Positions 37,066-48,130 of a stretch of DNA of 64,000 nucleotides are shown in pieces. The position numbers were made by a program, and so were the translations under genes. How positions within the stretch are numbered: position 1 is the first letter of the stretch; each line of letters begins with the position of its first letter. Under the pieces are notes generated by a model. That model worked only from the letters and a program-made list of their open reading frames with translations. It was not told the origin of the DNA and searched no databases. The DNA comes from Balanoglossus misakiensis (lineage: Eukaryota > Animalia > Hemichordata), in assembly GCA_040954595.2 (NCBI GenBank), contig CM082595.2, positions 1,986,635 to 2,050,634 on the forward strand, written 5' to 3'.

Positions 37066-40000
37066 CGTCAAGAATTTGACAATTTTCATGAGCTATAACC
37101 CATGAAAAATGTCCCAAAATGACAAAATTACCAAAGTTGGCAAAGTCAAGTATTTGCCATTTGTGACAATTTTCATGAGCTATAACCCATGAAAAATGTC
37201 CCAAAATAACAAAATTACCATAGTTGGCAAAGTCAAGAATTTGCCAGTTTTGACGATTTTCATGAGCTATAACACATGAAAAATGTCGCAAAATGACAAA
37301 GTTGGCAAAGTCAAGAATTTGCCATTTTTGACGATTTTCATGAGCTATAACCCATGAAAAATGTCAAAATCACCAAAGTTGGCAAAGTCAAGAATTTGCC
37401 AGTTTTGATGATTTTCATGAGCTATAACCCATGAAAAATGTCCCAAAATGACAAAATTACCAAAGTTGGCAAAGTCAAGAATTTGCCATTTTTGACGATT
37501 TTCATGAACTATAACCCATGAAAATTGTCAAAATCAACAAAGTTTGCAAAGTCAAGAATATGCCATTTTTGATGATTTTCATGAGCTATAACCCATGAAA
37601 AATGTCCCAAAATGACAAAATTACCAAAGTTGGCAAAGTCAAGAATTTGCCATTTTTGACGATTTTCATGAACTATAACCCATGAAAATTGTCAAAATCA
37701 ACAAAGTTTGCAAAGTCAAGAATATGCCATTTTTGATTATTTTCATGAGCTATAACCCACGAAAAATGTCCCAGAATGACAAAATCACCAAAGTTGGCAA
37801 AGTCAAGAATTTGCCAGTTTTGACGATTTTCATGAGCTATAACCCATGAAAAATGTCAAAATCACCAAAGTTGGCAAAGTCAAGAATTTGCCATTTTTGA
37901 TGATTTTCATGAGCTATAACCCATGAAAAATGTCCCAAAATGACAAAATTACCAAAGTTGGCAAAGTCAAGAATTTGCCATTTTTGACGATTTTCATGAA
38001 CTATAACCCATGAAAATTGTCAAAATCAACAAAGTTTGCAAAGTCAAGAATATGCCATTTTTGATGATTTTCATGAGCTATAACCCATGAAAAATGTCCC
38101 AAAATGACAAAATTACCAAAGTTGGCAAAGTCAAGAATTTGCCATTTTTGACGATTTTCATGAACTATAACCCATGAAAATTGTCAAAATCAACAAAGTT
38201 TGCAAAGTCAAGAATATGCCATTTTTGATTATTTTCATGAGCTATAACCCACGAAAAATGTCCCAGAATGACAAAATCACCAAAGTTGGCAAAGTCAAGA
38301 ATTTGCCAGTTTTGACGATTTTCATGAGCTATAACCCATGAAAAATGTCCCAAAATGACGAAGTCACCAAAGTTGGCAAAGTCAAGAATTTGCCATTTTT
38401 GACGATTTTCATGAGCTATAACCCATGAAAAATGTCCCAAAATGACGAAGTCACCAAAGTTGGCAAAGTCAAGAATATGCCATTTTTGATGATTTTCATG
38501 AGCTATAACCCATGAAAAATGTCCCAGAATGACAAAATCACCAAAGTTGGCAAAGTCAAGAATTTGCCAGTTTTGACGATTTTCATGAGCTATAACCCAT
38601 GAAAAATGTCCCAAAATGACGAAGTCACCAAAGTTGGCAAAGTCAAGAATTTGCCAGTTTTGACGATTTTCATGAGCTATAACCCATGAAAAATGTCCCA
38701 AAATGACGAAGTCACCAAAGTTGGCAAAGTCAAGAATATGCCATTTTTGATGATTTTCATGAGCTATAACCCATGAAAAATGTCCCAAAATGACAAAATT
38801 ACCAAAGTTGGCAAAGTCAAGAATTTGCCATTTGTGACAATTTTCATGAGCTATAACCCATGAAAAATGTCCCAAAATGACAAAATTACCATAGTTGGCA
38901 AAGTCAAGAATTTGCCAGTTTTGACGATTTTCATGAACTATAACCCATGAAAATTGTCAAAATCAACAAAGTTTGCAAAGTCAAGAATATGCCATTTTTG
39001 ATTATTTTCATGAGCTATAACCCACGAAAAATGTCCCAGAATGACAAAATCACCAAAGTTGGCAAAGTCAAGAATTTGCCATTTGTGACAATTTTCATGA
39101 GCTATAACCCATGAAAAATGTCCCAAAATGACAAAATTACCATAGTTGGCAAAGTCAAGAATTTGCCAGTTTTGACGATTTTCATGAACTATAACCCATG
39201 AAAATTGTCAAAATCAACAAAGTTTGCAAAGTCAAGAATATGCCATTTTTGATTATTTTCATGAGCTATAACCCACGAAAAATGTCCCAGAATGACAAAA
39301 TCACCAAAGTTGGCAAAGTCAAGAATTTGCCAGTTTTGACGATTTTCATGAGCTATAACCCATGAAAAATGTCCCAAAATGACGAAGTCACCAAAGTTGG
39401 CAAAGTCAAGAATTTGCCATTTTTGACGATTTTCATGAGCTATAACCCATGAAAAATGTCCCAAAATGACGAAGTCACCAAAGTTGGCAAAGTCAAGAAT
39501 ATGCCATTTTTGATGATTTTCATGAGCTATAACCCATGAAAAATGTCCCAGAATGACAAAATCACCAAAGTTGGCAAAGTCAAGAATTTGCCAGTTTTGA
39601 CGATTTTCATGAGCTATAACCCATGAAAAATGTCCCAAAATGACGAAGTCACCAAAGTTGGCAAAGTCAAGAATTTGCCAGTTTTGACGATTTTCATGAG
39701 CTATAACCCATGAAAAATGTCCCAAAATGACGAAGTCACCAAAGTTGGCAAAGTCAAGAATATGCCATTTTTGATGATTTTCATGAGCTATAACCCATGA
39801 AAAATGTCCCAAAATGACAAAATTACCAAAGTTGGCAAAGTCAAGAATTTGCCATTTGTGACAATTTTCATGAGCTATAACCCATGAAAAATGTCCCAAA
39901 ATGACAAAATTACCATAGTTGGCAAAGTCAAGAATTTGCCAGTTTTGACGATTTTCATGAGCTATAACCAATGAAAAATCACCAAAGTTGGCAAAGTCAA

Positions 40001-40856
40001 GAATTTGCCAGTTTTGACGATTTTCATGAGCTATAACCCATGAAAAATGTCGCAAAATGACAAAGTTGGCAAAGTCAAGAATTTGCCATTTTTGACGATT
40101 TTCATGAGCTATAACCCATGAAAAATGTCAAAATCATCAAAGTTGGCAAAGTCAAGAATTTGCCAGTTTTGACGATTTTCATGAGCTATAACCCATGAAA
40201 AATGTCCCAGAATGACAAAATCACCAAAGTTGGCAAAGTCAAGAATTTGCCAGTTTTGACGATTTTCATGAGCTATAACCCATGAAAAATGTCCCAAAAT
40301 GACGAAGTCACCAAAGTTGGCAAAGTCAAGAATTTGCCATTTTTGACGATTTTCATGAGCTATAACCCATGAAAAAAGTCAAAATCACCAAAGTTTGCAA
40401 AGTCAAGAATATGCCATTTTTGATGATTTTCATGAGCTATAACCCACGAAAAATGTCCCAGAATGACAAAATCACCAAAGTTGGCAAAGTCAAGAATTTG
40501 CCAGTTTTGACGATTTTCATGAGCTATAACCCACGAAAAATGTCCCAGAATGACAAAATCACCAAAGTTGGCAAAGTCAAGAATTTGCCAGTTTTGACGA
40601 TTTTCATGAGCTATAACCCAAGAAAATTTTCATGAGCCATAACCCATGAAAAATGTCCCAAAATGACAAAGTCACCAAAGTTGGCAAAGTCAAGAATTTG
40701 CCAGTTTTGACGATTTTCATGAGCTATAACCCATGAAAAATGTCCCAAAATGACAAAATCACCAAAGTTGGCAAAGTCAAGAATTTGCCAGTTTTGAGGA
40801 TTTTCATGAGCTATAACCCATGAAAAAAGTCCCAAAATGACAACATCACCAAAATT
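37066..40856. repeat. 87/77-bp satellite array (~45 units), double-hairpin monomer; degenerate tail to ~41090
   Basis: Unit gttggcaaagtcaagaatttgccagttttgacgattttcatgagctataacccatgaaaaatgtcccaaaatgacaaaatcaccaaa; 77-bp variants lack 10 bp. Confidence 0.97.
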
Positions 40857-41286
40857 CATTAAGATTTGGGAATTTGTCAATTTTTCATCACAGCAGCAAA
40901 TCGTGCGTTGTTTTATGTTCAACCATGGAACTACCACTGATGGTTCAACCTGTCAAGAATTTATCATTTTTTGAGCCTGTGTGAGTTATAATCCATGTAC
41001 ATGACATGAAAATGCCAAACATGACCAAAATTCACAAAGTCAAGATTTTTTGAGCCTGTACGAGTTATAATTCATGCATATGCCATTAAAATGATGAAAA
41101 CTTTGTTGTTCTGTTGGGATGTGTGTTTAACAGCATCGCCGTAAGACACACAGCCATGCCACGCAGAGCTAGGCAAGATACTAAACTACACTGCACAACA
41201 ACTCCGAATTTGACAAGTACATTGTGTGTTGTTTCTAAGGGGGATCAATTATAATCTTGATCTCTTCATTATTATGTTGTTATTCA

Positions 41287-42115
41287 TCACAAATCCTACT
41301 TAGAAATGTACAACGACCACAAGACCATCAAAGACCGCAGAAAATTTAGCTGCAAAGTGAAGTTTAGTGGCGTTTCTGGACCAAACTTCGAGCAGCCCAA
41401 CACTGAGCCCGAAATGTCCCAATGGGCAGCGCCATTTTGAATCACGCCACCAACGACAACATTTGTTCTTTTGAGCCTAAACGTTTTAAACACAACTAGA
41501 CATTCTTCATGCACACTCAACAATGATCTTGTGAGAATGCAACCCACCAATAAATAGATAATCCACATATCTAAAGAAAAACGTTTGAATCATGGATACG
41601 GAACCTTTTTGGCAAGGTATTGAAAAGCCTACAGTTGACCAAGAGCAAGTTGACGAAGCATGCATGTGGACACACGTGTCGTGTGTACATCATTTACACT
41701 GAAACTAGTGACAGCAATGTGAAAATACAGGTATATACATGACATAAGCATGGTATAAGTGACTCTTGATGCACTCACACTCAGGTCAAACCTGTAATAT
41801 ATTAGCGAGCGCTAAATCTATATAGGAATGGAATCGCTTTACCATACCTTATCGGAAAAGTGCACGTGTTGCTGTTATGTTCATGGGCGCCGCCATCTTG
41901 TTTTGTCCTTTTGACGACATCATTACGCGAAACCATTCTCCATGGTGAAACCAATCCAGTAATTCCTCACAAATCCTACTAAGATGCATCTCGACAACAA
42001 GGCGAACAACGACATTCGGAAATTCCCCTGGAAAGTGAGCGTTTAAACGCGTTTCAGGCCAAATCAGTCTCCGTACCTGCCAGCACGCACCATCTTGAAA
42101 CACGCCACCTAGCGG
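41287..42115. repeat. Two diverged direct copies (~150-170 bp) ending in YY1-like and cacgccacc motifs
   Basis: tcacaaatcctact...gcgtttc.gg.cca...ccatYttgaa.cacgccacc at ~41287-41450 and ~41967-42110. Confidence 0.65.
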
Positions 42116-42701
42116 GAGATGTTATAAATCTCCCGGAAGTAACAGTTTACAGTGCGCCACCAACGTCAGCGCTCACACCCCTTTCGATCCTACATACAGG
42201 TACTAGAAATACTTATTCGTGATTTTATTGACACATTTGAAGATCTGGTCACAGATATTATATACATGATTATAATATTCACAATTTAAGTTATGCAAGT
42301 TTATGAAAATCATTAAAGTTGATAAGCTTCTTAGGCTTCCGCCTTCTTAACGCCTGTGAACAAGTTCACCTGTTATATTGCATGCGCACACTGCCAGAGA
42401 ATGATCCAACACGTGAATTTCCCTGGTGTGTCGTACATTCATACAGGAACACGTGTTTTCACTGACAAATAATTACTATGAATTAATATACATTTTACTC
42501 CTCCACTATTTCTCGTGGCTGTAAGGAATTTTTCTGTGACCGACTCGGCCAAATTTAAACGAAAAAAAATCGACTAAATGAGCTCGTTTTGGATACCAAT
42601 AGCAACGAACAGTGCAGGTTGAATTTGCTTTGCATGAGGCAAGACATGTGACCTGAGTTTAAAGTGACGTAACTTTGATAAGATAATGACAAACTCAGAC
42701 T

Positions 42702-42709
42702 TTATAAAA
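42702..42709 (+). promoter_or_regulatory. Candidate TATA box of the lipocalin gene
   Basis: TTATAAAA about 70 bp upstream of ATG 42774. Confidence 0.45.
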
Positions 42710-42773
42710 TCCAATGTCTCAAAGAATTCATAACAGTCCATTAAAGCATACCCGTGTTAGGAAACCCATCACA

Positions 42774-44379
42774 ATGACATTGATAGCGGTTAGTCCAACT
42801 CAGTTTGTTGTTGGTTTTTGTTTTGTGTTTGCAGTCAGAGTCCCTTAGTCCCATATGGTATTCTTCGGTTTGTGTGCTCTCTTTCTCCGATAAAAATAAC
42901 TGTACACCTTTTATTTCTTTCCCTTCTATCTACTCTTTGCGCAGGCCCTATTTCTCCTCTGTGGCCTGGTACTATGTCAGTGCAGCACGTGTAATTTCCC
43001 TACACCGGCGGAATTCGAGTACAACGACTACCAGGGAGAATGGTATGAAATTGGCAAGGTAGGAACAGTTATTTCTGGCGGGGGTTGACAAATTCCCGAC
43101 TTTGAGAATTTTGTCATCTTTAGACATTTTTCATGGGTTATAGCTCATGAAAATTGTCAAAAAATGACAAATTCCTGACTTTGAGAATTTTGGTGATTTT
43201 GCCATTTTCGGACATTTTTCATGGGTTATATCTCATGGAAATTGTCAAAAGTGACAAATTCCTGACTTTGAGAATGTTGGTGATTTTGCCATTTCCGGAC
43301 ATTTTCATGGGTTATAGCTCATGAAAATTGTCAAAAGTGACAAAGTCCTGACTTTGAGAATGTTGGTGATTTTGCCATTTTCGGACATTTTTCATGGGTT
43401 ATAGCTCACGAAAATTGTCTGTGTTAGGCCAATTCGAAAGTTCAATCGTGACACTCATTGTCTACCACTTGTTGCAGATCCAAACGTTTGGCGGTGCTGT
43501 CTGGCAGAAAAACTGTGTTTGCACAAGCATAGGTGTCCTTCCTTCGCCAACAATGGAACCCAATGATGCAGGGGTGATCAATTCGTGTAGGTACCAAACC
43601 CCGGACGGTCAATTCACTAACATAACAGGTAAAACCTTAAGAATGTAGTTTGTTAGTGATGTTTCAGTCGGTGAAGTATTTGACCAAAACATGAGCGATA
43701 TGCACGTAGCAATAGACCCATTTCTGAACGCCATGAGATCTGACGAGTTCTCGCTTGACCAGCAAGGTTATTCCGAGGGATAAGCTGTTCCTACTCTAGT
43801 ATTTTGTGCACTCTTTTAAAAAGTCGCTTGCTGTTGTTCTTTTTAGGATATTTAGAATATACCGGTACCATGGGACACTGGAAATTGAGTTATCCACAGC
43901 TCGATCCAAACAACAAGGTATTCAAAATAAGCATGTACTTTATGACGGTTGTCACAGCCCAACTCATACGCTGTAAAATATACCGTGAAAAATTTTCTGA
44001 GCAAATTTCAGGGAGAACCATTATAATGAATCAACAGAAACGAAAATTACGAAAAGGATGCCAAAATTAAGCGACTTTGTCTCCTGTTATTGGACCTGCT
44101 TCTGTTATTGAACACAGTGGGAAAAAAATATTTTGAAAACTTGTGTTTCGTTCACAGGTCGACTACAACGTCATATTAATCGGCGATGACTACGCAGTAG
44201 AGTACGATTGCGGAGAGGCATCGGTCAAGGGCGGTGAAAATTATTGCATTCACATCATGTCGAGGACGCCAACACAAGACCCTGCCCTCACCGCTGAATT
44301 AATTCAGAAGAGCCTAGACATGGGACTTAACCCGAGGAATCTACCCTTCGTGGCGACTGACCATGACAACTGCTGGTAA
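42774..44379 (+). CDS. Secreted lipocalin (apolipoprotein D-like), 5 exons
   Basis: Exons 42774-42788, 42945-43058, 43478-43628, 43847-43917 and 44158-44379 splice in frame. They give a signal peptide MTLIAALFLLCGLVLCQC, lipocalin motif YQGEWYEIGK, DDYAVEYDC, IHIMSRTP and a C-terminal Cys. Confidence 0.9.
43085..43420. repeat. ~4 units of a variant of the 87-bp satellite, inverted relative to the main array, filling lipocalin intron 2
   Basis: gacatttttcatgggttatagctcatgaaaattgtcaaaagtgacaaattcctgactttgagaatgttggtgattttgcc is the reverse complement of a diverged 37-41 kb unit. Confidence 0.9.
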
Positions 44380-45024
44380 TCAGCGGCGGACTTATGATTT
44401 GACGATCGTTTTGTACTTTTGTTTAGCAGTATTATTTGTTAACCTCTTCCAAAGATAATTTGATTTGTAAATGATATCTGATCCCTTCAAACTATGTAAT
44501 AAATTCAATATTATAGTAGAAGGTCATTTTTAACGAACTTCTTGAAACCTCTTCGAAAACCATTGACCGGTGCAAACGTTTTATGCCAATCGTAGGGGAT
44601 GGGCAGTCCTTGTATCCGAAAATCACAAGCAATAAATTCTTGAAAAAAAATTCATTGAACGTAACTTTCCCATGCACAAATTTGAAAGTGTTTGTGCTTT
44701 ATTACATTTTGAAGTTCACGCATGATTTGCATTTTTAAATCTCACCCGAAGATCTTGTTTCATATGCTTGATCTCACTGGAGAGAACGGCCAGTCTATAC
44801 GTCTGGATCAACAGCATCAGTAAATTCTTTGCTGTGGAAAAAAAATACAAAGAACGAGTTTACATACATGCTGTGATGGAGTAGCATATTTCCCTGCACA
44901 CGTGACACAATGCTGGGCCATACGATCAGTTTCAATGAATTAGACCTACCCAGCAATAGTGTATAGACGTGGGTGTCTGAGTCGATATTGTACATGTATA
45001 ACCTAGAAACAGCCATATGTTTTT

Positions 45025-47059
45025 TTAAGAACGCAAAAGAAAAACACCGCCTATATTAGGTTTTCCAGCAGGCCCTGGCATAATTTTTGTGTTAATAGTT
45101 TGTATAAGCTTTCTCTTACATTCGTCATACTCGACATAATCAGACATATTGCCATGGAAGAAAATGTCACGTCCGACATACGTGATTTTACCTTGTGGTG
45201 ATTGAGTATATTTAACACAGTGACATAAATAATCTAAAAAAAAAGACAAGAAAAAGGTTAACTTACACGTGAAGAAAAGATTCATTTGAGTGAGCAGCCG
45301 TTGACCGCTGATGATATACATTCGGAAGAGAAAGAACGGAGCGTCTTGGAACACGATGTCGGACAGCAGAGCCAGAAAACCGAACTCCATGCCACGAATC
45401 CTCTTCTTTGTCGCAGCGTAGCTTTCAGTTCGTGGTTGTGATGACGACTGTTGCGAGTTGCTCGGCTGTGAACTTGACGCGACACTCGGCAGATGTTTGC
45501 CATCCTTCGTGCCTGATCGTTTATCTTCAAACCTACGAGGTTCATTATTGTCACTGTCCAACTCTTCGATGTCCATGACCTCAATGTTGCTGGTCTTCAA
45601 AGTCTTGTTGGACTCTCTCCCATCGCAATCTTTCAGAGACCTGTGATCTTTCACTTCCTTTCTGTCGTCAACTTCAACTTTTGGCCCTTTCCTCTTTTTT
45701 CCGCCCTCTTCCGAACTTGCTCCACATCCCTTGTCGCCAGGCAACTCCGACAAATCCTTCGTTCTTGCTCGGGCTTCTCTCGGTCTCCTTATAGCACCCT
45801 TGTCAGCATTTGAGGAAGACTCGTCCATAGCAACCGGCATGAGTGTAAATTTGAGCATGGCCCACGACCAGAGACTCAACACGGTATACAGCAATGCTCT
45901 GTTGTATTTGATGAGGTCGTAATTCATGACATCCATGAATTCTAAAATATCAGCCGCTGTTCCTGGAGAGAGAAAAGTGAAAAGTCCCATCGATAAATAG
46001 CTAAACTAAACACTTAGTACCATGATTAAATCTGCTTCCTGGGGTGTGTGCGGGCACAGACTGGCTCTTGTGTGTTATAACAGAAAGACGGACAAACAGT
46101 TTTCAGAAGTACCGACATGGAGTAGTTCTTGGTGTGAACATGATTGGACAGACATACAGGCAGGCAGGCAGACACACACACACACAGACTGACAGACAGA
46201 CAGAAGACAGACAAACAGCCTTTACTTACCAAGCAATACCAGGAGAAGAGTCGAGAGTTCATCTCTAGACATGCGGCCTTTCGGTAGAAGCCATCTTGCC
46301 AAGAGCAGAACACACGGCGTGAGTTGTTCTAAAGCCAGTGCCCAGCCATCATTCATCGTGTATCGCTGAAAATACACATCACTGTTATAAATTGGCATGT
46401 ATATAACCAACGCATGACGTTTTCTTTGGCTAGAAACGTCAGGCGAATTCCAATTCCATCATGTTTCAATTACACACAGCCCATGGGACTTTGAATCTCG
46501 ATCTTACAATGGATTTGCATTGAAAAGTCATACCTTAAAAAGAAGAAGAGAGCTGTTTCGCCGTGACTGGATGCAGTTTTCTCTCAAACCATCTTCCCTT
46601 TCCGCCATTCTCCGTTCGAACAGACTGGTTTCTATGATCCATATAGATGGTAAGACAGCTGTGAGATGTATCACCACACAAGCACAGATCCTGAACATCA
46701 ATACACAAAATGGAGATATTTTTTCAGGAAAGACAGTCATTTTCATCATTAATGTGATACGAACCTCGGGGACATATTTTCAGAAAAAAATGATATACCT
46801 CCGAACATTTCTATTCGTTGCTATCTTAAGGTGCGGAAGACAGGCAAGGTGTTCACCGATTTTTTTACCTATTCCAGTCTTTGCCTTCTCTTTTCACAAC
46901 CACTATCAGCCCTTCCACGAAGAACAAACCCAGGGATATGCAGAGGTACCAGACACGTGTATCGCTGCTAGTGCCCACAGCTCGCCAAACCGCCAACATC
47001 ATGTGCAGCGCAAGCAACAGGCGAGATGAGAACGTCATCAACTGCATCCACTTCCCCAT
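45025..47059 (-). CDS. TMEM26: TMEM26-like multi-pass membrane protein, 4 exons
   Basis: Exons ~47059-46869, ~46690-46534, ~46366-46229 and ~45962-45025 give SRLLLALH..VWR, VLPSIWIIE, LEQL..LLLARWLLPKGRMSRDELSTLLLV, GTAADILEF, LWSWAMLKF, QDAPFFLFRM and FFTCK, all TMEM26-family motifs. It may be a lineage paralogue rather than the orthologue. Confidence 0.85.
46145..46220. repeat. (GACA)n/(CA)n compound microsatellite in a TMEM26 intron
   Basis: gacagacatacaggcaggcaggcagacacacacacacacagactgacagacagacagaagacagac. Confidence 0.85.
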
Positions 47060-48130
47060 TTTTAGGTCGCAATTTTCTCGGCTGCTGGACGTCTAATGAT
47101 GGAAAGCAAAATGGCGATAAACGTCGTCTTCTTGAAAACGATGATACATGAATTTCATCCTCAAGCTAGATCTACAACATGTGATTGGCCCCCTTCTAGA
47201 AAATGATGGCGAAAATTCTGGTCTGCGCGAAACTTGTCATCAACGTTACAAACATTAATTTGTCACGGTTTTCAACCAGTTGGTGAAAAACAATTTCTCC
47301 ATATGGTGACACAATTTTAATTCAAAACACTTTATGGTTTCGCTCACGTAACCAGCATCATTGCACAATTTGTCTCCCAGAACCACGTTTCCATAGTTTC
47401 TCCGGTTCATTATTAAACGCCTGTAACCTGGCAACATATTAACTCCTGCATATTTCATAATTTGAAAAGTATAAATAACGTTCTAAACTATGACGTCTGT
47501 GTTTGACACGTGCGCAACTTGTTTGTAAATGGTATTAGCACTTATCTTGATGATCGACATATAAAAAGAATTTTTATAAACAGGTAGGTTGGTCTTATCT
47601 AAATACTGACTAGAAGGATTACTTTATATAATTCGCATATTGATTTTCACTCATATACTGCTTAATTTTTCAGGTAGTCTTGCCAATCTCAATTGTCAGC
47701 TCAATCAAGACAATACCTTTCACCAAATTGCAGCAGGCCTTTGGTCCAACAGCGCCCTCTATCGACCAACCATACATACAAAGCACCCGCCAATACACAG
47801 TCATAGATCTGTATTTGTAATTAAGAAAAACCCTTTATTTTAATAAGTGAAAAATTAAACAATTATACTTATACAGCTGTAATTGTTAACACAAAGCTAG
47901 CCCTACTTTACAAAACCAAAATGCCATTGTTTCCTGTGGTAAAGTTGGACCTCAAGCTGAAGTATTAAATTTGTTGTAACAGTAGTCATGATTGTGGTTC
48001 TATAATCTCCCTCTCCACCTAAACTACCCCCTTCTAACAAATTAACATTGTACTTGCATAATAAAATTCAAACATCACTCAAACATAAATAATTTTAAAT
48101 CTCTCTATCTACTGATAATTTTTCGTGTAG

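Noticed and set aside
34925-40856. CRISPR-like look of the 46-bp and 87-bp arrays (constant core, palindromes, variable tail)
   Set aside because: The variable parts are a few related variants that recur, not unique spacers. There are no cas genes and the context is a spliced animal genome.
36995-40937. ORFs up to 288 aa of GHFSWVIAHENRQNWQILDFANFGDFVIL repeats
   Set aside because: They are a by-product of an 87-bp unit (a multiple of 3) and are repeatedly frameshifted by the 77-bp variants.
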